Below, one piece after another: positions 55,499 to 64,000 of a DNA stretch of 64,000 bases (positions are counted from its first letter, which is position 1; each line of letters begins with the position of its first letter). The stretch spans positions 5,608-69,607 of the forward strand of contig PLGG01000056.1 of NCBI GenBank assembly GCA_003138515.1, given 5' to 3'. The DNA is from Acidobacteriaceae bacterium. GTDB lineage: Bacteria; Acidobacteriota; Terriglobia; Terriglobales; Acidobacteriaceae. The position numbers and the translations under genes are program-made. The notes beneath the pieces are model-generated. The model was not told the DNA's origin. It did no database searches and saw nothing but the letters and a program-made list of their open reading frames with translations.

Positions 55499-55771
55499 TT
55501 AGTGCGCTGGGGGAACGAAGTCGGCGGGCAGGGCTGAGCCGGAGCCGAAGAAAAAGTCCTCCATCTGTTCGACGAGGAACTGCTGCGCCTGCGGCAGCCA
55601 GGGCTGGAGACGGTACTCGTTCAACAACATCTTCTGGCGGCCTAGCCACTCGTCCCACGCCGCTTTCGAGACATTCTTATAGATCTTCTGGCCAAACTCC
55701 GAGTCGAAGGGCGGCTCGTCGAGGCCTTCCATTTCCTTCTTGTAGCGAACGCAAAAAACCATGTGCGCCAT
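55499..55771 (-). CDS. yggX: Fe(2+)-trafficking / oxidative-damage protection protein YggX
   Basis: From M27 of the listed ORF: MAHMVFCVRYKKEMEGLDEPPF...G.KIY.NVSK.AW.EWL..Q.ML.NE.RL is the YggX pattern. The protein is 90 aa. Confidence 0.8.
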   Translation of the reverse strand: MAHMVFCVRYKKEMEGLDEPPFDSEFGQKIYKNVSKAAWDEWLGRQKMLLNEYRLQPWLPQAQQFLVEQMEDFFFGSGSALPADFVPPAH

Positions 55772-56002
55772 GCAAATTGCTCCCAGATGCCATTGTAATT
55801 GGATTACCCGGAGAATCTCGGCTTGCTGCGGTTGGCCTCCGTTGCCCACGACCGGCGTTCAAGTTTCGCGCGGAGCATCGCTGCCTGAGCAAATCTGACC
55901 AGACCGGATCTCTCGCTTCGGACCACAATGATTAGTGACGCTTGATCTACTTCCCGGAAGCGGCAATCTCAGAACGAGCAGCCCGATCAAAAAGGAGCTT
56001 CC

Positions 56003-56374
56003 ATGTCCGATGTGAATGTGTCTGGCGCCAATGTATCTGGCCTCTCCGACAACGCCGCCGGTGGTCTTTCCTACATCACGATCATCCCGGCCATTGTTTT
56101 CCTGATCGTTGAGCCCTACAAGAAAAGCGCCTTTGTACGCTTTAACGCCTGGCAGTCGATCTTCTTTTATGTTGCCTGGGCCGTAGTGCATATTCTGGTC
56201 GAGATCGCGCAGAATCTAGTTCCGACGGTCCTCTTCCTCACCATGTCCTTGTGGCAATTTGTGGATCTGGCTTTCTTTGTCGTGCTCGTGATCGTGTTCA
56301 TAAGCGCTTTCAACGGCAAGCGCTTTATGCTGCCCATCATTGGCGGACTGGCAGAGAGGCAAGCTAACCGGTAG
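56003..56374 (+). CDS. DUF4870-like small membrane protein
   Basis: GLSDNAAGGLSYITIIPAIVFLIVEPYKKSAFVRFNAWQSIFF is followed by hydrophobic helices. It is paralogous to 56668..57018. Confidence 0.7.
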   Translation: MSDVNVSGANVSGLSDNAAGGLSYITIIPAIVFLIVEPYKKSAFVRFNAWQSIFFYVAWAVVHILVEIAQNLVPTVLFLTMSLWQFVDLAFFVVLVIVFISAFNGKRFMLPIIGGLAERQANR

Positions 56375-56397
56375 CCGGCCCCCAACGGCACCTGGTG

Positions 56398-56429
56398 CAG
56401 GAACGGCCTCCGCAAGGAGGCCGTTCCTG
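56398..56429 (+). terminator. Hairpin terminator after the first DUF4870 gene
   Basis: CAGGAACGGCCTCC-GCAA-GGAGGCCGTTCCTG is a perfect 14-bp stem. The downstream tract is TGTGTGTG, not a clean U-run. Confidence 0.6.
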
Positions 56430-56667
56430 TGTGTGCCAACTACCCATCCCGCCCCGGCCTGTTCCACCCAGCCCTCCTCGCATGCGGACCAGGCCCGCGC
56501 CCTCGCGCGGAAATTCTCTTGACAAGGGGCCGGGCGGCAGGTTGTTCTATCTCCACCCCAATTGACGGTCCGCGGCCGCATAGGCTGAACCCCCGGTGCC
56601 CGGGCCGTGCGTAGAAGTGAGTCAATCCCCGTCCCCTTCAACCGTCTTTCTTGAAAGGAGAGTTGCT

Positions 56668-57018
56668 ATGGCCGACGAACCCAACACTGCAGCAGCCAAC
56701 TCAGGACTATCGGACAATGCCGCGGGGGCAATCGCCTACATCACGATCATCCCGGCGATCATTTTTCTGATTGTGGAACCGTACAACAAGAATTCGTTTG
56801 TTCGCTTTCACTCGTGGCAATCCATCTTTCTTGGCATTGCCGCCTTCGCTATTCAAATCGTGCTCTCTGTGATCCCGGTGGTTGGATGGATCATCATCCC
56901 ATTCTTCCTGATCGGTTTCCTGATCGTCTGGATCATGTGCCTGGTCAAGGCGTCAAAGGGAGAACGGTGGAAGCTGCCACTGATCGGCGACTTTGCCGAG
57001 AAACAGGCAAACGCCTAG
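56668..57018 (+). CDS. DUF4870-like small membrane protein (paralog)
   Basis: ATG at 56668 is preceded by AAAGGAGAG. GLSDNAAGAIAYITIIPAIIFLIVEPYNKNSFVRFHSWQSIFL. Confidence 0.75.
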   Translation: MADEPNTAAANSGLSDNAAGAIAYITIIPAIIFLIVEPYNKNSFVRFHSWQSIFLGIAAFAIQIVLSVIPVVGWIIIPFFLIGFLIVWIMCLVKASKGERWKLPLIGDFAEKQANA

Positions 57019-57058
57019 GCGACATCCGCGCGGGGGGATTGGCCGATTTTCCTAGGCC

Positions 57059-59761
57059 TCAGCGCCTGCGGCCCTTTTTGAATCGCCGATTGCTCCCACC
57101 CTGGGGCGGCGGCGATGTGTTTTTGCGGTGGCTCTTCTTCGATTTCGATGGGCCCGGCGCGGCCTTTTTGCCGGTGAGCGGCAATTCCTCTTCGACAAGT
57201 GCAAACTGAAGCTTGCGTTCCTGCGCGAGGACGCGATCGAGAATCACTTGCACGCGGTCGCCTGCGCGGAAGCGGCGCCCCGTGCGCTCGCCGACAATCT
57301 CGTGCGTGTTCTCGCGCCAGATGTAGCGGTCGGCGCGAAGGGTGTCGATGGGGACGAGACCCTCGACGAAGAGATCGGTGAGCTCGACGAAGAGGCCGAA
57401 TTTGGCGGGGTTGAGGACGAGGGCGGCGAACTCGTCGCCCACGCGGTCCTGCATGAAGCGAACTTTTTTCCACTCCACCAATTCTCGCTCGGCTTCAGCA
57501 GCGCGGCGCTCGGTGTAGCTCGTTTCTTCGGCAATCTCTGCGAGTTCGGGCTCGGGTATGGGGTAGTTCAGCGGAGCTAGCGGGGTTAGCGGTGCTGGCG
57601 GAGCTAGCCTGGGCCCAGTTTTCGTCGCGGAGAGATGAGTTCCTCCCCGGGCTCGTCCTTCGGACTCGCGAGGATGGGGCACCCCGAGCTTGGTTTGACC
57701 CTCATTCGGGTGCAACCAGGGCGTGCCGAGACGTGAAGCGGTGATGGTGCGATGGCCGGGGACGCCGGCGCGGAGAAGCGTTTTCGCAATGCGGTGGACG
57801 ATGAGGTCGGGATAGCGGCGGATGGGCGAGGTGAAGTGAGTGTACGTGGGCGCGGCCAGGGCGAAGTGGCCTTCATTCACCTCGGAGTAGCGCGCCTGGC
57901 TGAGCGAGCGCAGCATGAGGTAGCTGAGGATGCGTTCTTCTGGTTTTCCTTCAATGCGCGCGGCCAGTTTCTGATACATGCGGGGCGTGACGGCGATGTC
58001 CTCAGGCACCTCGTGCTGGCGCGGATTGCGGCCCTGGCCGTGTGATTCACGGCGCTCGGCGCGGGTGACTAAGCGCTTCACAGGAAGTGGTCCGAGGCCG
58101 AGCGAATAACCAAATCCGGCGGCGAGCTCCTCGAATTGGACGACGCGGCGCGGATCGGGCTTCTCGTGGATGCGATAGAGCGAGGGAACGCCGAGGTCTT
58201 CAAGCCAGACGGCGACGCACTCGTTAGCGGCAAGCATGAACTCTTCGATGAGCCGGTTCGCCCAGGTGCGCTCAGCGCGGGTGACGCCGCGCATCTGGCC
58301 CTGCTCGTCGAACTCGATCACCGGCTCGGGCAGGTCAAAATCGATCGAGCCTCGCTCCTCGCGGCGCTGATTCATCAGGACGGCGAGCTTCTTCATCCGC
58401 TCGAAGCGCTCACGCGCCTCTGAGTTTTCGACAGGAGCATCTACGTCGCCTCCGCGGCGCTCGCGCGCCTCGGGGTCTTGGACGAGTGTGTCGGCTCGGT
58501 CAAGAATTGCGGACACCGCAGTGTAGGTCATGCGCGCCGCCGAACGAATGACGCCTTCGACGACTTGGAAGCCCTCGATATTGCCCGCTGGGTCGAGATC
58601 CATGAGGCAACTGAGCACGAGGCGGTCTTCGTTGGGGCGCAGGCTGCAGATGTCCGTCGAGAGCTCCTGCGGCAGCATCGGAATGGCGCGATCGGGAAAG
58701 TAGACGCTGGTGCCGCGGATGCGGGCTTCGAGATCGAGAGCCGAGCCGGGACGGACGTATTCGGACACGTCGGCAATGTGGACCTGGAGCTCGTAACCGC
58801 CGCCGGCGCGCTCGCGGACGAGAACGGCGTCGTCGAAGTCGCGTGCCGTCTCGCCGTCGATGGTAACGATGGGGAGCGAGCGGAAGTCTGCCCTGCGTGA
58901 GGCTATGTCTTGGTCGAAGTGCGCGACGCGGCGGGCTTCGGCGAGGACGGCGTCAGGAAAGATGCGCGGAAGTTGATGCTTGCGGATCATCATCTCCACG
59001 TCGACGCCAAAATCATCAGGCGAGCCGAGAATTTCAGTGACGCGGCCGATGGGCGGGCGTGTGGGCGTGGGCCAACTGGTGATTTCGACATCAACGACCA
59101 GGCCCTCAAGGCGCTCCGCGCTCTCGGGTCCTGAATGAGCGGGTGCTTCGCTACCGAGTACGCGATGCGGCGTTGAAGATCCGGCGGCAGATGGGATCTC
59201 CGCGCCGGGCGGGATCACGATGGACTGCGTCATGCGGTCGTCGAAGGGGATGACCACGTTGTGACGCCCGCGATCGGCACGCGCGATGCGAAATGTCCCG
59301 ACGACGGTGGGATTCGACCGCTCGAGAATCCGCACGATGCGGCCCTGCTGCCGGCCATCGGCTTTGGGAGGCTCGATTTCGACCAAAACCTGATCGCCCT
59401 GCATGGCGGCGTTGATCTCGCTGGGCGGAATGAAGATGTCCTGCACTGCAGGATGAGTTTTTGAGCCCCCTGGGGCGGGTTTGCGATTAGGGCGGACGAA
59501 GCCATAGCCGTCGCGGTGCAGATCGAGGCGGCCAACGGCGAGATTCTCGCGGGCCGGGGGCCGGGAAGCAGCCCGTGGAAGGCCCCAATGCTCGCGGTCG
59601 AGTTGAATCAGCTTGCCTGCCACAGTGAGCCGGGCGAGGTGCTCCATAAGGAGGCGGCGTTCGCGGCCGCCGCCAAGCGAGAGTTCGCGGACCAACTGCT
59701 TATATCCAGCTTTTTGACCCGTCGAGGCGGCGATCCGGGCGAGCAACTCGCGATCGGTCAT
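57059..59761 (-). CDS. rnr: Ribonuclease R
   Basis: 900 aa. RNB core (IDGETARDFDDAV...VHIADVS...TSVYFPDRAIPMLP), S1 domain (GDEFAALVLNPAKFGLFVEL) and a basic C-terminal tail are present. Confidence 0.9.
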   Translation of the reverse strand: MTDRELLARIAASTGQKAGYKQLVRELSLGGGRERRLLMEHLARLTVAGKLIQLDREHWGLPRAASRPPARENLAVGRLDLHRDGYGFVRPNRKPAPGGSKTHPAVQDIFIPPSEINAAMQGDQVLVEIEPPKADGRQQGRIVRILERSNPTVVGTFRIARADRGRHNVVIPFDDRMTQSIVIPPGAEIPSAAGSSTPHRVLGSEAPAHSGPESAERLEGLVVDVEITSWPTPTRPPIGRVTEILGSPDDFGVDVEMMIRKHQLPRIFPDAVLAEARRVAHFDQDIASRRADFRSLPIVTIDGETARDFDDAVLVRERAGGGYELQVHIADVSEYVRPGSALDLEARIRGTSVYFPDRAIPMLPQELSTDICSLRPNEDRLVLSCLMDLDPAGNIEGFQVVEGVIRSAARMTYTAVSAILDRADTLVQDPEARERRGGDVDAPVENSEARERFERMKKLAVLMNQRREERGSIDFDLPEPVIEFDEQGQMRGVTRAERTWANRLIEEFMLAANECVAVWLEDLGVPSLYRIHEKPDPRRVVQFEELAAGFGYSLGLGPLPVKRLVTRAERRESHGQGRNPRQHEVPEDIAVTPRMYQKLAARIEGKPEERILSYLMLRSLSQARYSEVNEGHFALAAPTYTHFTSPIRRYPDLIVHRIAKTLLRAGVPGHRTITASRLGTPWLHPNEGQTKLGVPHPRESEGRARGGTHLSATKTGPRLAPPAPLTPLAPLNYPIPEPELAEIAEETSYTERRAAEAERELVEWKKVRFMQDRVGDEFAALVLNPAKFGLFVELTDLFVEGLVPIDTLRADRYIWRENTHEIVGERTGRRFRAGDRVQVILDRVLAQERKLQFALVEEELPLTGKKAAPGPSKSKKSHRKNTSPPPQGGSNRRFKKGRRR

Positions 59762-60052
59762 ACGCCAAGATTAAGGCAAGTTGAAAGGCTGAGTACTTTT
59801 GGCGGGTAGAGACTGCACAGAAAACATGGACTTGCCGTAGAATGGGGGATACGCGTGGTCCTGGCGGAGCCGGATGCGCGTTGTCCTGGCGGAGCCTGAA
59901 GATTGACTCGACCGATTGCAGGCAGCCGAGGAGATAGCCGCAGCGAGTGTTGCAACGGCGAGCGGATTTACATTTTTTGGGTGCGAGCCTTTGGCCCTGC
60001 CTTGGCATCCCCAGTCCTCAGCGGACAGAAAAGGAAGAAACCCTTGAGCGCA

Positions 60053-60577
60053 ATGTGGAAACCAAGCCAGACTGGATCGACGTCCCCAACTCTTACACCG
60101 GAGCCGCCGCGCGCCGCGCCTCCGGCGATCGCGCCTGAAAACCCCTCCCGCTTGCAGGCGGGAAGCGCCGATCAAGCTACCCTCGGCAAAGGCCTGTTCA
60201 TCAAAGGCGAGATTAGTGGCTCCGAGTCCTTATATATTGACGGCAAGGTGGAGGGCGCGATCACCCTCCCCGGCAACCGCGTGACCATCGGGCGAAACGG
60301 CCAAGTGTCGGCCAACATCACCGCTCGCGAAGTTGTTGTCCTGGGCAAGGTGAAGGGCAACGTCTCGGCCACCGACCGCGTGGACATTCGCGCGGAAGGC
60401 TCGCTGCACGGCGACGTGGCGGCGGCGCGCATCAGCATTGAAGATGGCGCCTTCTTCAAGGGCGGCATCGACATCCGCAAGCCCGACTCGAAGCCGTTGC
60501 AGGCGACCGGAACTTCGGGACCGGTTGCAGTTCCCGGCCCAGCGCCGTCCATCCAAGAGGCGCACAACCCCGCGTAG
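60053..60577 (+). CDS. Bactofilin family cytoskeletal protein
   Basis: ATG at 60053. The beta-helix core is LFIKGEISGSESLYIDGKVEGAITLPGNRVTIGRNGQVSANITAREVVVLGKVKGNVSATDRVDIRAEGSLHGDV. Confidence 0.85.
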   Translation: MWKPSQTGSTSPTLTPEPPRAAPPAIAPENPSRLQAGSADQATLGKGLFIKGEISGSESLYIDGKVEGAITLPGNRVTIGRNGQVSANITAREVVVLGKVKGNVSATDRVDIRAEGSLHGDVAAARISIEDGAFFKGGIDIRKPDSKPLQATGTSGPVAVPGPAPSIQEAHNPA

Positions 60578-60722
60578 GCGTAGCGGCTAGTTCGGCGGCG
60601 TCCCGAATTCACGCATCGAGCACAAGCGCTTCCGCGTCGCAGGAGGCGCTTGTGTTTTTTGAAGCGTGCAGAAGCGCAGGCCCGTCCTGCTCTGCCCGCG
60701 CGGGGTTGGACGCGGCGAGACT

Positions 60723-62405
60723 TCAGCCGAGCCGCAGGCGGCGCATGGCGACCCTGGGCAGCGCCGAGCCGGATCGATCGAGAACCCACATTGTAACGAC
60801 GGTCCAGGCTGCGGCGCCGGCGAGGAGGATCGCTGCGTCAGCAAGGGAGCGGGCATGGTGTAGCTGGGCCATGCGCGGCAGATGGCGGAACAGGGCTAAG
60901 AGAGCCCATGCAACGAGTCCGGTGGCCGCGCCACCCGCACAGGAGGCCAGCAGGCAACGGCCCATCTCAGCGTAGTCGAGACTGGCAAGCGAGACCATAC
61001 GGCGCTTGTGCAGCAGCAAGGCGAGAGTGAGGGCCTGCAGAAGGATTCCGGCGTCGGACGCGAGAGCCAGTCCGGCAGCTCCCCACATTCTGTACCCGAG
61101 CCCGTACAGGGGGAAGGCGACAAAGAGAATGATGGTGCTGGCGAGCATGGGAAGCCAGGTGATTCCGGCCGCATAGAAGGCGCGCGCATAGATGGCCTGC
61201 GCGGACCAGGCCAAGAGCGAGAGAGTATAGAAAGCGAAGAACCATGCGGTGAGATTCACATCGCCCGGCGTGAATCGTCCACCGCCGAAGATCAACTCCA
61301 CAATAGGGTGCGAAAGCGCGATCATCGCCGATGTAGCGAGAAGGCTGAGGGCAACCACGCGGGACACGGAGTCGGCGACTCCGGTGGCAAATTCAAAGCG
61401 TTCATCCTTCGCCCAGAGCTGAGCGAAGAACGGCATGGAAGCAACGCCAGCCGCTTGCGCCAGCATCGCCATGGGCGCGGAGAACAGCTGCTTGGCATTG
61501 GCTAGGCGCGTGATATCACCGGCTGCGTGCGATGCGTAGAAGCCCGCGAAATACTGATCGAGGAACGGCAGCGTAAAGCCGAACATGAGCGGCAGGGTCA
61601 TGAACAGCCACATGCGGAGGCCGGGATGGTGAAGATCGATCTCCCAGCGAAAGCGAATCCGTTCCCGGGCCGCGCCCCACGCATTGATGCCAAGCGAGCC
61701 AAAGAGGAATCCCGCGGTGGCTCCGATGGCGAGCGAACTGACGCCGAGCCTGCGGTGCAGCAGCACGCCGCAAGCAATGATGATCAGGTTGTAGAGGATC
61801 GGGGTGACCGCCTGGTAGAGGAATTGTTTTCGCACCAGCAACGTCGCGCCCAGAACGCTGCCGGCAAAAAGAAAAATCTGGGCGGGAAGCAGAATCCGCG
61901 TCATGTGCGCGCAGAGCGCGACCTGCGCGGCGGGAAAGCCCGGATTGGTCCACCGAACGAACGGAGCGGCGAAAAGCATCAACACGATCGACGCGGCGGC
62001 GAGCACAAGCACCATCAGGTTGAGCACCGTGAACAAAAGGCGCTCGCCTTCGTTTTCCTCGCCACGTTCGCGGTAGCGATTCAGAATCGTGACGAAGGTG
62101 ATGGAAACAGCTCCGCCGACGAGGAAATTGTTCATCAGGTCAGGAAGGCGGAACGCGGCCATGTACGCGTCGGTCTGGGGGCCGGCACCGAACACCCAGG
62201 CGATGTATTTGCCGCGCGCCAGGCCCACCAGGCCGGATGCAACCGATGACGCTGCGAGCAGCACCGATGCCGAAAATGCGGAATGCGTATGGGAGGGACG
62301 CAGGACGCGGAGCACGCGCGCCCACCATGGGGGCGGCGGCAGAGTTTCCACCTCGGCTGCAAAATCCAGCCGCGGGGGATCACGGTCTGAGGGCGGGCTG
62401 GTCAC
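60723..62405 (-). CDS. murJ: Lipid II flippase MurJ (MviN)
   Basis: 560 aa, polytopic. SASVLLAASSVASGLVGLARGKYIAWVFGAGPQTDAYMAAFRLPD is the MurJ N-terminal signature. Confidence 0.85.
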   Translation of the reverse strand: MTSPPSDRDPPRLDFAAEVETLPPPPWWARVLRVLRPSHTHSAFSASVLLAASSVASGLVGLARGKYIAWVFGAGPQTDAYMAAFRLPDLMNNFLVGGAVSITFVTILNRYRERGEENEGERLLFTVLNLMVLVLAAASIVLMLFAAPFVRWTNPGFPAAQVALCAHMTRILLPAQIFLFAGSVLGATLLVRKQFLYQAVTPILYNLIIIACGVLLHRRLGVSSLAIGATAGFLFGSLGINAWGAARERIRFRWEIDLHHPGLRMWLFMTLPLMFGFTLPFLDQYFAGFYASHAAGDITRLANAKQLFSAPMAMLAQAAGVASMPFFAQLWAKDERFEFATGVADSVSRVVALSLLATSAMIALSHPIVELIFGGGRFTPGDVNLTAWFFAFYTLSLLAWSAQAIYARAFYAAGITWLPMLASTIILFVAFPLYGLGYRMWGAAGLALASDAGILLQALTLALLLHKRRMVSLASLDYAEMGRCLLASCAGGAATGLVAWALLALFRHLPRMAQLHHARSLADAAILLAGAAAWTVVTMWVLDRSGSALPRVAMRRLRLG

Positions 62406-62514
62406 TGCTGTCGATTTTAACGGGATTTTACGCCACTGCTAAGATCGGGAACTTAGTTGACAAATCCCGCAGCTTGCCCTCGGGTTATATTCTGGTCACG
62501 GAGACTCCCGGCCA

Positions 62515-64000
62515 ATGAGCTCAATCGTCGCCGCCAGAATGAACTACAACCTGGCTCTGCCGTTTTATGAAAACTCTGTTGCCAGCCCTCAGGCCCTGGC
62601 GTTGTTTGTTGGTGATTCCCGATATTCGTACGGCGAACTGGCAAATTCTGCGCGGCGTATCTCCGGTTGGCTCGGCCTCAAAACCGGCGAGCGTTTGGGT
62701 AGAGTCGGAATTCTTGCTTCCCGCACTTTGGAAGCCTATGCGGGAGTGTTGGGGACGCTTTGGTCTGGCGCGGCGTATGTTCCCATCAAACCGGACACTC
62801 CCGAAGACCGCGTGATTCGCATTCTGCAGCAGACAAAACTGGACGCGTTAATCGCCGATCAGGCTGGATTGAACATGCTCTCAGATCGCGCGCTGGAAAA
62901 CGCGCCGAGGCGGATTTTGTTCGGGCCAGACGCAAAATCGCCGCAACGCGTTGCTGGATTCTCTGGAATCAGCGTTGAGAGCTTCAACGACCTATCCGAC
63001 GACGGACCCGCCCAGCCCGTAACCGTAACGGGAGATGCGCTGGCATATATCATTTTCACTTCCGGCACGACGGGGACGCCTAAAGGCGTGATGATCGAAA
63101 ACGAGAGCGTATGCCAATTTATCGAGATCATGCACCAACGATTCACACTGCGCGCCGATGATCGGGTGGCGGAAGCTTCGGAGCTGACTTTCGATGCCTC
63201 GGTCTTCGATATGTTTATGGCGTGGAGCTCGGGTGCGTCGCTCTACGTGGTGCCTGCCTCTCAGCTTATGGCGCCGGCGAAGTTCATCCGCGATCATGAA
63301 TTGACACTTTGGTTCTCGGTGCCATCGACTGCTTCGTTCATGGGGCGCATGAAGATGCTGAAGCCGGGCGCATTTCCGTCGTTGCGAATTTCCATCTTCG
63401 CCGGAGAGGCGCTGGCAGTCAGTACTGCCCAGGCATGGCAGATCGCCGCACCCAACAGCATCGTTGAGAATTTCTACGGACCGACGGAGTTGACGGTCGA
63501 TTGCATCGCACAGACCCTCGAAGATCCTCCCAATGTCACTCCGAATCGCGGAACGATGGCCATTGGAACGGTCTTCCCCGGTGTTCGCGCTGGGATTGTG
63601 GATGCGGATCTCAAGTTTCTGCCGCGGGGCGAAGAGGGTGAATTGGTCGTGTCCACGCGGCAAGCGGCGCGCGGATATTTCGAGGATCCTGAACTTACGG
63701 CAGCACGCTTTCCCACGCTGAACGGAGAGCGATGGTATCGCACAGGGGACCTGGCTTTCGAGGATGCTTCCGGAACGTTTCACCACCTGGGTCGAATTGA
63801 CAATCAGGTCAAGATACTCGGCAACAGAGTTGAACTTGAGGAAGTTGAAGCACACTTACGCGAGATTCTGGGCACAGACATGGTAGCGGCAGTGGCATGG
63901 CCACTGGTCGATAGCCGCGCTTCAGGCATTGTCGCTTTCCACTGTGCGCCCGGAGTGACCCGTGACGCTGCCCGCGATGAAATGAAGAAACGCGTGCCTG
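62515..64000 (+). CDS. Amino-acid adenylation (ANL superfamily, DltA/NRPS A-domain-like) enzyme, 3' end beyond the window
   Basis: Not in the ORF track because the window edge truncates it. From ATG 62515 the core motifs are LAYIIFTSGTTGTPKG (A3), NFYGPTE (A5), YRTGD (A8) and GRIDNQVKILGNRVELEEVE. Confidence 0.85.
   Translation, partial: MSSIVAARMNYNLALPFYENSVASPQALALFVGDSRYSYGELANSARRISGWLGLKTGERLGRVGILASRTLEAYAGVLGTLWSGAAYVPIKPDTPEDRVIRILQQTKLDALIADQAGLNMLSDRALENAPRRILFGPDAKSPQRVAGFSGISVESFNDLSDDGPAQPVTVTGDALAYIIFTSGTTGTPKGVMIENESVCQFIEIMHQRFTLRADDRVAEASELTFDASVFDMFMAWSSGASLYVVPASQLMAPAKFIRDHELTLWFSVPSTASFMGRMKMLKPGAFPSLRISIFAGEALAVSTAQAWQIAAPNSIVENFYGPTELTVDCIAQTLEDPPNVTPNRGTMAIGTVFPGVRAGIVDADLKFLPRGEEGELVVSTRQAARGYFEDPELTAARFPTLNGERWYRTGDLAFEDASGTFHHLGRIDNQVKILGNRVELEEVEAHLREILGTDMVAAVAWPLVDSRASGIVAFHCAPGVTRDAARDEMKKRVP

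Noticed and set aside
1-64000. Scan for CRISPR arrays, rRNA genes, IS elements/transposases, integrases and prophage structural genes
   Set aside because: No regularly spaced identical repeats with unique spacers were seen, and there is no rRNA-like sequence. No ORF translation carries DDE or tyrosine/serine-recombinase motifs, nor capsid, tail or terminase-like sequences.

Overview
High-GC bacterial chromosomal window with about 50 protein genes and 2 tRNAs. I found no rRNA, CRISPR array, transposase or integrase. An Acidobacteriota origin is suggested by gene content, Pro/Ala-rich linkers, a REP-like hairpin (GCCCCATCCTTCGC...GCGAAGGGTGGG) and dispersed 7-nt 'CACTAAC/AGTGATT' tracts; this is inference only. 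Most of the window is housekeeping: an isoleucine/branched-chain acyl-CoA degradation trio (ACAD, HSD17B10-like SDR, thiolase), lpxC, lpxB, M20 peptidase, FKBP, amidase, GH31 hydrolase, an RND pump (permease plus adaptor), alanine-type aminotransferase, Zn-ADH, tyrS, phosphohexomutase, yggX, rnr, bactofilin, murJ and a truncated adenylation enzyme. The accessory content is listed here. (1) Two tandem paralogous giant repeat lipoprotein/adhesin genes at the left edge, one with a near-identical 597-bp internal duplication. (2) An ArsR / SRPBCC x3 / DUF899 cluster containing an unlisted 35-codon CxxC mini-ORF. (3) An orphan Phd/YefM-like gene behind three TGTACA palindromes phased at 12 bp. (4) An RlpA / GH24 lysozyme / holin-like group next to a 400-bp mosaic of short-period repeats. 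(5) A low-GC islet beside tRNA-Glu carrying one MORC/MutL-type GHKL ATPase with a PD-(D/E)xK-like C-terminus. (6) A secreted orthocaspase fused to about 20 Sel1 repeats. (7) tRNA-Pro followed by a 29-nt copy of its own 3' end (att-like scar), then a low-GC three-gene overlapping operon (TIGR04255-like plus two unknowns). My best candidates for an undescribed system are the GHKL-nuclease gene (36989..38689) and the tRNA-Pro-linked three-gene operon (51384..53261). Other notable points are an M1-peptidase homolog with all three zinc-site residues replaced, two single-nucleotide frameshifts that split otherwise coherent genes (30564..30570 and about 55195), and repeat-derived in-frame insertions in RNase R and LpxB. 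All family assignments come from reading motifs in the translations. No database search was run.
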